64,000 nt of DNA from Candidatus Bathyarchaeota archaeon (GTDB lineage: Archaea > Thermoproteota > Bathyarchaeia > Hecatellales > Hecatellaceae): NCBI GenBank assembly GCA_052246995.1, contig JBQPWD010000002.1, positions 96,001-160,000 on the forward strand, in the 5' to 3' direction. This document shows positions 39,912-49,977 of the stretch, in pieces (the first letter of the stretch is position 1; each line of letters begins with the position of its first letter). The notes beneath the pieces are model-generated. The model was not told the DNA's origin and searched no databases. It saw only the letters and a program-made list of their open reading frames with translations. Position numbers and translations under genes: made by a program.

Positions 39912-40973
39912 ATGCAGGAAGACTTCTCTAACTTTGAATCTGTCGCCAGATGGATAAGTAACTTTCCAGATAGACCAAACACGAAGAAGAATTATCTTAT
40001 TAGATTTAAAAAGTTTATTGATTGGATAGGAAAAAATCCTGATGACCTTATTGCTGAAGCAAAGAAAAATCCCCTAAAAATTCATAATAAAATAAAAGAA
40101 TACTATAATTTTTTAATAAAGAAAGGTTTTAGCTCTAAGACAGCTATCCTCTCCTATAATTGTTTAAGGTCCTTTTTCAAATGGAACGATATATTTTTAG
40201 GACCAACCCCCCGAGGATTTAAAGGTAGGGTTGAATATGAATCTTCCCATATTTTAACACCTGAAGAGATTGCAAAAATGGTTGATGTATGTAATAACAT
40301 GCGAGATAGATGTGTGATAACTTTTTTAGCTCAATCAGGACAACGTAGTGGGGTTTTAACGGCTCTTAGATATGGGCATGTTAAATCTGGGTTAGAAAGA
40401 GGAGAGACACCATTAATAATTGAAGTTCCAGCTGTTTTAAGAAATATTAATGGTGTAAATGTAAACAAGCTTGGAGAAAGCTATAGGTTTGCTGTTGGAA
40501 ATGATAGTATTACATGTCTTAAAATGATGCTCAAGGAGAGAATTGAGAGCGGAGAAGTTATTGATAAGGATAGTTGGCTTTTTAGAAGTTATTCAAAAGT
40601 TAAAGTTGAAAAAAGTGGGAAAAAAAGGCCTATTAGAGCATCAAAGAGTGAAAGAGGTTTTCCTTTAACAACAGTAGCTATACGTGAAATAATTAATAAG
40701 TCTGCTTTAAAAGCAGGAATTCAGGGAAAAGCTTCAGACAAAAGGTATGAGGTTCATCCGCATATTTTCAGGAGATATTGGAATATGAGAATGCAGGAAG
40801 CAGGATTAAGTGAAGATCTAAGGGATTTTATGCTTGGACATAAGTTACCTTATGGTGGAGCGTACAGCAAATGGTATCCTGATGCTATTAAAAGAGTATG
40901 GATTTCAAAAAATGTTGAAAAATATATTGCAATTCCATCAAAAACAATCTACGCGTATTCTGGACTACTTTAA
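39912..40973 (+). CDS. Tyrosine recombinase/integrase, intact catalytic set
   Basis: SGQR (R), NKLG (K), HIFRR (HxxR), MLGH (H), GAY (Y); SAM-like N-terminal domain. Confidence 0.9.
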   Translation: MQEDFSNFESVARWISNFPDRPNTKKNYLIRFKKFIDWIGKNPDDLIAEAKKNPLKIHNKIKEYYNFLIKKGFSSKTAILSYNCLRSFFKWNDIFLGPTPRGFKGRVEYESSHILTPEEIAKMVDVCNNMRDRCVITFLAQSGQRSGVLTALRYGHVKSGLERGETPLIIEVPAVLRNINGVNVNKLGESYRFAVGNDSITCLKMMLKERIESGEVIDKDSWLFRSYSKVKVEKSGKKRPIRASKSERGFPLTTVAIREIINKSALKAGIQGKASDKRYEVHPHIFRRYWNMRMQEAGLSEDLRDFMLGHKLPYGGAYSKWYPDAIKRVWISKNVEKYIAIPSKTIYAYSGLL

Positions 40974-41037
40974 CTTCAAAAAACTTTTATAGACGAACTT
41001 CCAATTTTATAAATTCTGCTAGCTGAGGGAGAAGATT

Positions 41038-42565
41038 ATGGGGTGTTATTTTATTTAGTAATAAAGAAGAGAATAAACCACGTGTAATTAAAATTTTTGA
41101 CACAACTCTAAGAGATGGAGAACAAACACCGGGAGTCTCTCTTTCACCTGAAAAAAAGCTTAGAATCGCCAAACTTCTTGATGAAGTTGGTGTTGATGTT
41201 ATTGAAGGAGGTTTTGCTAGCGTCTCTAGAGGGGACTTTGAGGCTTTAAAGATTATGAGCCAAAGCGGGCTTAACGCTGAGATTTTTAGTATGGCTAGAG
41301 CGGACATTAAAGATATAGATAAAGTTATTGAAAGTGGAGTTTGCGGGATCAACATTGTTGTTCCAGTATCAAAAATCCAGATTCAATACAAACTTAGAAA
41401 AACGTCAGATGAAGTTTTAAACTTAACATACGAGTGTGTTAATTACGCAAAAAAGCATGGGTTGATTGTTGAATTATCAGCTGAAGATGGCTCAAGAACA
41501 GAGGTTGAATTTCTTAAAAGCTTCTTTTTAACAGGTATTGCAAGTGGAGCTGACAGAATCTGCTTATGTGATACTGTTGGTGTTTTAACTCCTGAAAAAT
41601 GTTATAAGCTTGTAAATACCTTATGCAAAAGCACCAACAAGCCTTTTAGTATACATTGTCACAATGATTTTGGTTTAGCTACAGCAAACACTATCATAGC
41701 TGTTAAGGCAGGAGCATCTCAAGTACATGTAACCGTTAACGGTTTGGGTGAGAGAGCTGGAAATGCAGCATTAGAAGAGGTTGTAATGGCTCTTACAAAC
41801 CTTTACGGATTTAAAGTTAACATAAAAACAAACAAGTTATACGAGCTTTCCACGACGGTTTCACGCTTGACAGGTGTTCCAGTTCAACCAAATAAACCTA
41901 TAACAGGTGAAAATGCTTTTACTCATGAATCTGGCATTCACGTTAAAGCCATTTTAACCAACCCCGCCACCTATGAACCAATTCAGCCTGAAGTTGTAGG
42001 TGTTAAGAGAAAGCTTGCAATAGGTAAGCATGCAGGAATGTTTAGTGTAAAAACGATTCTCGAAGAAGAATTACACATTCATCCCTCGGAAGAACAACTT
42101 CATGAGATTTTTATGAGGGTTAAAAGCATTGGTGATAAAGGTAAAACAGTAACCTATAGCGACCTTCAAGCTATAGCTGAAGCAGTAATGGGTCTTCCAC
42201 AAATACGACTAATCAAGCTTAAAAATCTTACAGTAACAACAGGAAACAACATTACACCTATGGCCTCTGTCGTGCTTGAAGTTAACGGTAAAGAACTCGT
42301 TGAAGCTGGTGTGGGAGTTGGGCCTGTTGATGCAGCAATAAGTGCTATAAAGAAGGCTATATCAACAGTAGCCGACATAATCCTTGAGAATTATCATGTG
42401 AAGGCAATTACAGGTGGAACCGACGCTGTAGTTGAAGTTGTAGTAAGAGTAAGAAGAGGAGAAAAATCGGTTACAGCATTAGGTGTTCATGAAGATATTG
42501 TTATGGCTAGTGTTGAAGCAGTATTAAGTGCAATAAATGTATTGTTATCTTTAGAAATGAGCTAA
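41038..42565 (+). CDS. cimA: (R)-citramalate / 2-isopropylmalate synthase, CimA-like; start anomalous
   Basis: Frame extends upstream of ORF-track start to IFDTTLRDGEQTPG; HCHNDFG, GERAGN, HESGIH, C-terminal regulatory domain; IVVPVS resembles CimA more than LeuA. Confidence 0.8.
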
Positions 42566-43180
42566 TATTAGCAATAAACTTTTCAAATTCTGATAATGAA
42601 AAAATATTATTTTTGACATAATCCTGTACAAACTTATTTTTCAAGAGAAAACAGCTATTCTCTTTTTCATAATTTTTAAACAAAAAACGCATATTTTATA
42701 TCTTAAAATATAATCAAGTAAGCAAGTTTTTCTAAAAAATTAGTTGATGGTAGATAAATTTTATTGATAAGACCCCTAAACTTCTACTTTTCTCTCAAAT
42801 CTCCAAAATCTGAAAAGACCATTACAGTTAAACATAACCTAAAAAAGCACGATTACACCCTCATAACTCTCCAATTTTTTGGAAGCAAGAAATGATAGCC
42901 TAGGTTTATAGCTTTATCTTGAAACTTTTAGATTAGTATCCAACGAAATACTTGTCAATGCAAAAATGTTGTTTTAAAAATAGACAGTATACCTCATCCA
43001 GCTGGCATCATTTTTACAATTCTTTCGCCAAAACCGAACAATATGCTAATATACGAAGTTTGTAAACCTTGACTGGGATGACTTCTGCGTATGTCTTGTG
43101 GAGGAGACTAAAATCTAATAAAGGTAGAATTGGAATATGTCTACGAAGTAGATGATGTATAAAGTTCCAGAGTTTATTTT

Positions 43181-43274
43181 TGGTAGCCCGGGGGAGATTC
43201 GAACTCCCGTCGGCAGGTTTCTCCTATCTTGGATAACCAGAGCCTGCCATGCTTGGCCGCTACACCACCGGGCT
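43181..43274 (-). tRNA. tRNA-Gln(CTG) with 18-nt intron (43219-43236) at 37/38; CCA encoded
   Basis: A1-U72 acceptor AGCCCGG/CCGGGCT; CTCT pairs with intron GGAG between two 3-nt bulges (BHB). Confidence 0.95.
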
Positions 43275-43385
43275 TCCCATTCTATTTAATGGTGTATAAT
43301 TTTTAAATTTTAGGTTTCCTGTTTTAAGGAAACAAGATTAAGAATATATATGAAGTTTTATGATTTAATGTTTTGGTGATATTCC

Positions 43386-44537
43386 TTGGATTTTGAGTTG
43401 TCGAATGTTCAAAAAGACATCCAGACAGCTGCAAGAGAATTTGCAAAAAAAGAGTTTAGCGGAGAACTGGCAAGAAAGTTTGAACAGATAGAAGAATATC
43501 CGTTTGAATTATGGAAAAAGGCATGCAAACTAGGATTTATAGGAGTACATTTTCCTGAGGAATATGGTGGACAAGGACTTGGTGTTTTTGAGAATGTACT
43601 AGTTGTTGAAGAATTTTGTAAAGCTGATTCTACGCTTGGAACAGCATTAATTCTGGCAGATTTTGCATCGGAGATAATTTTAAGATTTGGAAGTAAGGAA
43701 CAAAAGGAAGAATGTCTTCCCAAAATATGTAAAGGAGAAGCCATCTCTGCGGGCGCTTTTACTGAGCCTCAGCATGGTAGCGATATTACCTCTTTACTCA
43801 CAAAAGCCTCAAAAGATGGAGACCACTGGGTTATTAGCGGTACAAAAACCCTTATAACAAATGCTCCTATTGCAAGTTTTTTTATTGTTTTATGCCAAAC
43901 CAATCCTGAAGCTAAACCACCATACAGAGGTCAAAGCCTCTTTATTGTTGATAAAAGTGCTGAAGGTGTAGATGTTACAAAAATTGGTGGAAAAATGGGT
44001 ATTCGGCCTTCGCTAACAGGGGAAGTATCATTTAACAATGTTAGAGTTCCAAGGGAGAAACTTATAGGTCAAGAAGGTAGAGGGTTTTACCAAACATTAG
44101 AGTTTTTTGATGAAAGCAGAATAGAAATTGCTGCTCAAGCTCTTGGTATTGCTGAGGGTGCTTTAGAACGTGCAATTAACTATGCTAAGCAAAGAGAACA
44201 ATTTGGTCAAAAAATTGCGGAATTTCAGGTTATCCAGCATAAAATTGCAGATATGGCAATAAAGGTTGAAACAGCAAGACTTTTAGTGTATAAAGCAGCG
44301 TGGAATTTTGACCAAAGAAGGATAGACCCGTGCTTAACTTCGATGGCTAAAGCTTATGCTGGAAGAGTTGCTGTTGAAGTTGCTGATGAGGCGGTACAGA
44401 TATTTGGAGGTTATGGGTATATAGGAGAATATGATGTTGAAAGAATTTATAGAGATGCAAAAATAACTGAGATTTACGAAGGAACAAGAGAAATTCAAAA
44501 AAACACTATTGCAAGAGCAATAATAGGAAAACTATAG
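43386..44537 (+). CDS. Acyl-CoA dehydrogenase
   Basis: TEPQHGSD, GTKTLITNA, REQFG, FGGYGY, IYEGT. Confidence 0.95.
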   Translation: MDFELSNVQKDIQTAAREFAKKEFSGELARKFEQIEEYPFELWKKACKLGFIGVHFPEEYGGQGLGVFENVLVVEEFCKADSTLGTALILADFASEIILRFGSKEQKEECLPKICKGEAISAGAFTEPQHGSDITSLLTKASKDGDHWVISGTKTLITNAPIASFFIVLCQTNPEAKPPYRGQSLFIVDKSAEGVDVTKIGGKMGIRPSLTGEVSFNNVRVPREKLIGQEGRGFYQTLEFFDESRIEIAAQALGIAEGALERAINYAKQREQFGQKIAEFQVIQHKIADMAIKVETARLLVYKAAWNFDQRRIDPCLTSMAKAYAGRVAVEVADEAVQIFGGYGYIGEYDVERIYRDAKITEIYEGTREIQKNTIARAIIGKL

Positions 44538-44541
44538 CTTC

Positions 44542-45519
44542 TTAGGGTCTTATGTTGTCAAGAAGAGACATAAAAATTGAATTTACCGTTAAGTCTGCCG
44601 TTGTTCCTGGGTTTAGTCGGTTATCCGGAGTTCTTAACTCCTTATCAAGTCTTCTTATTTCGTTTATCCCATTTTTTGTAAGAATCCCTCCAACAGACAA
44701 CACTTTTTTTGCTTTTTCTGTAACTTTTTTCGCGGTTTTTAAACCATTTTTTCTTGCTATCAAACTATCTACCCGAGTAGCCAAAATTGTGAGAAAACAC
44801 TGTACAATAGCCTTATTTAAATCTCCGGTTTTATTATAAACTTCTTTTATCGTTGGATAGCCAATTTGAGATGATATTTGCATACCTGTAACCCACTCAC
44901 TACATATACTATCCCACTTTGAACAAAATCTCATAACATCGTACAGAGTTATACTTCTATTTTGAAGGATTTTTAACGAATCAGGATTGCCTACATCAGG
45001 TATTCTACAATTTACTACTCTTCCTAGCCCTCCAGCTTTGGCTTCTCTTACTGCCTTGTAAAAGTTTATTGCATCTCTTACCGTAGTTGATTTAACAACT
45101 TTTTTAACATTGTTAGATAAAAAATTAATGTCAAGTTTATGCTGGTAACCGTATCCTGTTATTGCGACACTTACAATTGTTGGTGCAAGTAATGTAACAA
45201 CACCAAGATTGGTGTTCCCGCCGCTATGTAAACTTCTTGTTGATGTAATAGCCTCCATAATATGTTTCCCAATACATACATGTTGTAAACTTATTTTTCC
45301 ATTCTTTACAAGTAAACCTTTAAAGGCAAGTTTTCTCATAGCTGGACCTACAGCAATACTTCCTGCAATAAAATGTTCAAGTCTTGTATCTTTAAAGTCA
45401 GAAAATCTGTGGACGGCCCCTGGTTTAGGGTAGCTACAAGCCTCAAGAGCTATTGCAAGTTGAGCTAGGTTTACGATTTCTTCAACAATCTTATGAGATT
45501 TCAACGATGTCAACAACAA
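44542..45519 (-). CDS. citG: Archaeal CitG-family protein (triphosphoribosyl-dephospho-CoA synthase-like)
   Basis: PKPG.VH, NTNLG, DSLIARK.G, NPGTTAD. Confidence 0.85.
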   Translation of the reverse strand: MLLTSLKSHKIVEEIVNLAQLAIALEACSYPKPGAVHRFSDFKDTRLEHFIAGSIAVGPAMRKLAFKGLLVKNGKISLQHVCIGKHIMEAITSTRSLHSGGNTNLGVVTLLAPTIVSVAITGYGYQHKLDINFLSNNVKKVVKSTTVRDAINFYKAVREAKAGGLGRVVNCRIPDVGNPDSLKILQNRSITLYDVMRFCSKWDSICSEWVTGMQISSQIGYPTIKEVYNKTGDLNKAIVQCFLTILATRVDSLIARKNGLKTAKKVTEKAKKVLSVGGILTKNGINEIRRLDKELRTPDNRLNPGTTADLTVNSIFMSLLDNIRP

Positions 45520-45600
45520 ATAAATATATATGAGTAAGCTTTATTATTCTTTAGATTTAAAAGCTCTATATGACGGAAAAGGAGAGTTTAAGGAAAAAAT

Positions 45601-45909
45601 ATGGCTGAAATTTGTGAAGTTTGTGGACTACCATTAGACCTTTGCGTATGCAGCGAGATAAGTAAAGATCAACAAAAAATCAAAGTTAGACTTGAAAAAA
45701 GAAAGTGGAATAAACCTGTAACAATTGTTGAGGGAATTGATGTTAAGGATGTAGACATCAGTAAACTTGCCGCTGAACTTAAAGCTTTTTGTGCATGTGG
45801 CGGAACAGCAAAAAATAATCAAATAATTCTTCAAGGAGATCACCGAGAAAAAGCCAAGGAAAAGTTGATAGCGCTAGGGTTTTCCAGAGAAAAAATAGAA
45901 GTACAATAA
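45601..45909 (+). CDS. sui1: Translation initiation factor SUI1 (aIF-1)
   Basis: CEVCGLP..LCVC, ACGGT, LQGDH. Confidence 0.93.
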   Translation: MAEICEVCGLPLDLCVCSEISKDQQKIKVRLEKRKWNKPVTIVEGIDVKDVDISKLAAELKAFCACGGTAKNNQIILQGDHREKAKEKLIALGFSREKIEVQ

Positions 45910-46045
45910 GTTAAAGATAAAATCTAAACAAAATAGTTAAAATGGTATTTAAAACAAACAATCTTACTAGCAAAGTAAAAAGTAAGAGGTGTCGCGCGTC
46001 CTATGGACGCCCCATCTAACTATAAACATAAGCTTGAGGTTAAGA

Positions 46046-46242
46046 TGCTTCAAAAATCACTAAAAGTACCTGTCGAAAAACTTGAAGAACTTAAGGGTGT
46101 TTTCTCAAAGCGGGTGTTGTTGCGGCTAAAAAAGGAGGCTGTTGAATGCCCATTAAAGGGTTCTTCGGTATCCTTTCTTGAATGTTTCGTATGCGACCGA
46201 TTTATTCGAAGGGTTAAAGGTTATGTGTACTGTTCTGGCTAG
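46046..46242 (+). CDS. Small Cys-rich conserved hypothetical protein
   Basis: SD GAGGT before ATG 46046; C-x12-CxxC-x12-C pattern. Confidence 0.65.
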
Positions 46243-46304
46243 GTAAACATAAAAAACTATAAAACCTGTTTAAACTTGCTCATTAACTGGAGGTCTCAAA
46301 CTTT

Positions 46305-47567
46305 TTGAACTTTTTTCAAAAATGCTTGGAATGTGGTAGGTCTTATGAAAACCATAAGATTATTTATAGCTGTCCAAGCTGTAACAACCCAATTGAAATT
46401 ACACTTAACATTGAAGAATTAAAAGAAAAAGTATCAAAGACTCTGTTTGCAAATAAAAGTATTTATACAATGTGGCGTTACATAGAACTTCTTCCAATTT
46501 CCCCAAAAAACGTGTACTCACTTGGAGAGGGATTCACGCCAACAGTAAAAAGTAGAAATTTAGCTGAACATCTTAAAATTAGTAAACTTAACTTTAAACT
46601 TGATTTTTTAAACCCAACAGGGTCATTTAAGGATAGAGGAGCATCAATTCTTATTTCCAAAGCTAAGGAGTTTAAAACTAAGGCTGTTGTTATTGATTCT
46701 TCTGGAAATGCTGCAGCTTCTCTTGCAGCATATGCTGCAAGAGCAAATTTACAATGTTATGTTTTTATACCAGCGTACGTAAGCATAGGTAAAGTTGTCC
46801 AAGCAATGATGAGCAACGCTTTTGTTGTTAAGGTTGATGGTACAAGAAGTGAAGCTTACGAAGCAGCGTTAATGGCTCATAAAGAATATGGCTGGTATTA
46901 TTGTGGTTTTCAACTAAATCCCTATCTCTACGAGGGAAACAAAACTATAGGTTACGAAATTTACGAACAATTTAATTGGGAACCTCCAGACTGGGTTGTA
47001 TTTCCAGTTGGTACTGGTAGCGCTTTTCTTGGATGCTGGAAAGGGTTGAAAGAATTTTATAACCTAGGTTTAGCAGATAAACTTCCTTCGCTTGTCTGTA
47101 TTCAATCTGAAGGATGCGCACCAATAGCTAAAGCTTACCTTAAAGGTTTGGATACCATAATGCCTGTAAACCCTCATAAAACCATTGCTGAAGGGTTAAT
47201 GATACCGTCCCCTATTAGAGGACGGTATGTTTTGGCATCTATCAAAGAAAGTAATGGTTTGGCAGAAGTTGTTTCTGATAATGAAATTGCTGAAGCTATG
47301 AAACTTCTAGCTAAGTATGAAGGAATCTTTATCGAACCTTCAGCTGCGGCTGCCTTCGCTGGAGTTAGAAAACTCGTTAACTCTGGAGAAATAGGTAGAG
47401 ATGAAAGTATTCTTTGTATACTAACTGGTAGCGGATTAAAAACCCAAGAAATATGTAAAGGCTTTTTTAAAGAGCCGGTCATAATTAAGGCTTCAATTAC
47501 AAGTTTAAGGGAAATATTTAATAAAAAAGGAGAAGTTTCTAGTCAAATTTTTTTGGAGGATGCTTAA
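46305..47567 (+). CDS. Threonine synthase-like PLP enzyme (second paralog)
   Basis: N-terminal Zn ribbon, LGEG.TP, NPTGSFKDRG, SSGNAA, EPSAA. Confidence 0.85.
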   Translation: MNFFQKCLECGRSYENHKIIYSCPSCNNPIEITLNIEELKEKVSKTLFANKSIYTMWRYIELLPISPKNVYSLGEGFTPTVKSRNLAEHLKISKLNFKLDFLNPTGSFKDRGASILISKAKEFKTKAVVIDSSGNAAASLAAYAARANLQCYVFIPAYVSIGKVVQAMMSNAFVVKVDGTRSEAYEAALMAHKEYGWYYCGFQLNPYLYEGNKTIGYEIYEQFNWEPPDWVVFPVGTGSAFLGCWKGLKEFYNLGLADKLPSLVCIQSEGCAPIAKAYLKGLDTIMPVNPHKTIAEGLMIPSPIRGRYVLASIKESNGLAEVVSDNEIAEAMKLLAKYEGIFIEPSAAAAFAGVRKLVNSGEIGRDESILCILTGSGLKTQEICKGFFKEPVIIKASITSLREIFNKKGEVSSQIFLEDA

Positions 47568-48636
47568 GGGTTGGCAATAAATGGTCGATAAGAACGTTTG
47601 CAACCACCGCTTCGACAATAGGAACAGCTCTAGGTATAAAGCATACGTCGTATCTCCCCTTAATCCTTAATTCTGTATTTTCCATTTTTAAAAGATCAAC
47701 AGTTTTCTGAAATTTTGGTATGGAAGAAGGAGGTTTAAATGCAACCCTAACAATTATAGGCATACCTGTTGATAGGCCTCCAAGAATTCCTCCTGCATTG
47801 TTTGTTAATGTGACAATTTTACCATTAATAACTCTGTATTCATCATTATTTTCAGATCCTCTAAGTCTTGCAGCATTAAAACCAGCTCCAAATTCCACAC
47901 CCTTAACTGCAGGAATACAGAAAAGAAATTTTGCAAGATCAGCATCGAGAGAGTTGAAAATAGGTTCCCCAACACCAGGTGGAACATTAACTGCAAAGCA
48001 CTCAATAATACCCCCAACACTATCGTTTTCTTCCCTAGCCTTTAAAATAACATTCTTCATTTCTTCTTCTACCTCAGGGTCACAGCATCTTAACAAGCTT
48101 TTTTCTGTTTTTTCCTTAACTTCTTCGAATGTAATCCTTTTCTTAACTCTAACTCCGCCAACTTCGATTACATGAGCGTAAACCTCAACACCAAGTTTTT
48201 TAAGAAGTTTTTTTGCTATTGCTCCTGCGGCAACAAATCCTACGGTAATTCGTGACGAAAAAATTCCTCCACCACGGTAGTCATGAAAACCATGATATTT
48301 TATAAATGCAGGATAATCTGCGTGTCCTGGTCTAGGTTTCCACCTAAATTCTTCATATACATTTGAAACAACATCTTTGTTGTATACAATCATACATAGT
48401 GGTGCACCAGTAGTGTAACCATTAAAAACACCTGAAAGAATTTCAACCTTATCCTCCTCAATCCTCTTCGTTGAGAATAAATCTTTACTTGGTCTTCTTT
48501 TGTCAAGCTCCTTTTGAATGTCATCTTCACTTAAAGGTAGTCCTGGAGGACATCCATCAACAATAACGCCTACACATTTACCGTGACTTTCGCCAAAAAT
48601 TGTTAAAATAAAATTTCTTCCTATACTGTTTGTCAT
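47539..48636 (-). CDS. aroC: Chorismate synthase
   Basis: GESHG, RPGHAD, RGGG, GGILGG, RAVPIVEA. Confidence 0.96.
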   Translation of the reverse strand: MTNSIGRNFILTIFGESHGKCVGVIVDGCPPGLPLSEDDIQKELDKRRPSKDLFSTKRIEEDKVEILSGVFNGYTTGAPLCMIVYNKDVVSNVYEEFRWKPRPGHADYPAFIKYHGFHDYRGGGIFSSRITVGFVAAGAIAKKLLKKLGVEVYAHVIEVGGVRVKKRITFEEVKEKTEKSLLRCCDPEVEEEMKNVILKAREENDSVGGIIECFAVNVPPGVGEPIFNSLDADLAKFLFCIPAVKGVEFGAGFNAARLRGSENNDEYRVINGKIVTLTNNAGGILGGLSTGMPIIVRVAFKPPSSIPKFQKTVDLLKMENTELRIKGRYDVCFIPRAVPIVEAVVANVLIDHLLPTLKHPPKKFD

Positions 48637-48690
48637 GACAAAAATGTAGAATACTTAACAAATATTAAGGTTTACCTCCTGTAGAAACCA

Positions 48691-49974
48691 TCAACCTTTA
48701 ATTTCTATCCTGCCTCCAATCTTAGCTAGGTCTTCGAAAAAACTAGGATAGGATTTTTTGACACAATCACTATTAAGAATAACTGTTTCTCCTTCAGCTC
48801 TTAAAGCTGCAACTGCACATGCCATAGCAATTCTATGATCATTATGTGGGTTGATGATTGCTCCCTTAAGCTTACATTCTCCTTTAACAATCAAGTTATC
48901 TTCTAAAACTTTAATCTGTGCATTCATCTTTGAAAGTTCAAAAGTTATTACGTTTAAACGGTCTGATTCTTTGATTCTTAGCCTCTTAACGTTTCTTATT
49001 ATTGTTTCTCCTTTAGCGTAGCATGCTAAAACGGCATAAACTGGAACAAGGTCAGGGGTATCTTTTGCATCAACCTCCACACTAGTTAACTCACCACCTA
49101 AAACTTCAACATAATTTTCTCCACAATGAATTTTTACCCCCATCTTTTTTAAAGTGTTGATTATTTCTACATCTGGTTGAGTTTTAAGTGAAGGATAGAG
49201 ATTTTTGAATTTTACATTAGAGTTTGTAATTGCTGCAGCGGCAATAAGGAATGAAGCAGAAGAAAAGTCTCCAAAAATTTTATGGGTATAAGGTTTATAA
49301 TTCTGGTTTGATGGGATGTAGTATGATTCATGGTTACCTAAAACTTTAACGTCAATTCCATGTCTTTTAACAACTTCCAACGTTAACTCTACATACGGCT
49401 TGGACTCAAGAGGAGTTTTTACTTCTATAAAACTGTCATTTTTAGCTAAGGGGCATATAAAAATTAAAGCAGAAACAAACTGTGAACTTACATCACCAAC
49501 AATTGAAGATTTTCCTCCAACAACTCTTCCTCCGTACACTGTTACTGGTGGAAAACCATCAGTTGATTCACAATTTACCCCTAACATCCTCAAGGCATCA
49601 ATAAGAGGATAGATTGGTCTTTTTAGAAGACTACCCTCACCAGTTAAGATTGTTTTACCCTCCGCTAGACTAGCAAATGCTGTCATAAATCTGATGGTTG
49701 TGGCTGAAAGTTTACAGTTTACTGGCTTACTTGGTGCAGTTAGCTTACAATCTCCATCAACAATTAGCATTTTTTCATTTGCCACAATTTTTACACCAAA
49801 ATTTTTGCAACTATTAATAGTTGCAAGTGTATCATCAGAATAAAGCGGTTCTAAAATTTTAGATTCCCCCTTACTAAGAGCCGACGCAACAACAGCCCTA
49901 TGAGTATAGCTTTTTGAGGGGGGAATTTCAACACATCCATCTAGATTTTCAGTTTTTTTAACAACAACTATCAT
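48691..49974 (-). CDS. aroA: EPSP synthase
   Basis: PPSKSYTHR, SSQFVSAL, LRIKESDR, DHRIAM, KSYP. Confidence 0.96.
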   Translation of the reverse strand: MIVVVKKTENLDGCVEIPPSKSYTHRAVVASALSKGESKILEPLYSDDTLATINSCKNFGVKIVANEKMLIVDGDCKLTAPSKPVNCKLSATTIRFMTAFASLAEGKTILTGEGSLLKRPIYPLIDALRMLGVNCESTDGFPPVTVYGGRVVGGKSSIVGDVSSQFVSALIFICPLAKNDSFIEVKTPLESKPYVELTLEVVKRHGIDVKVLGNHESYYIPSNQNYKPYTHKIFGDFSSASFLIAAAAITNSNVKFKNLYPSLKTQPDVEIINTLKKMGVKIHCGENYVEVLGGELTSVEVDAKDTPDLVPVYAVLACYAKGETIIRNVKRLRIKESDRLNVITFELSKMNAQIKVLEDNLIVKGECKLKGAIINPHNDHRIAMACAVAALRAEGETVILNSDCVKKSYPSFFEDLAKIGGRIEIKG

Positions 49975-49977
49975 ATT

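Noticed and set aside
42566-43180. ORF fragments between cimA and tRNA-Gln
   Set aside because: Short, interrupted and unrecognisable; cannot be supported as a gene or element
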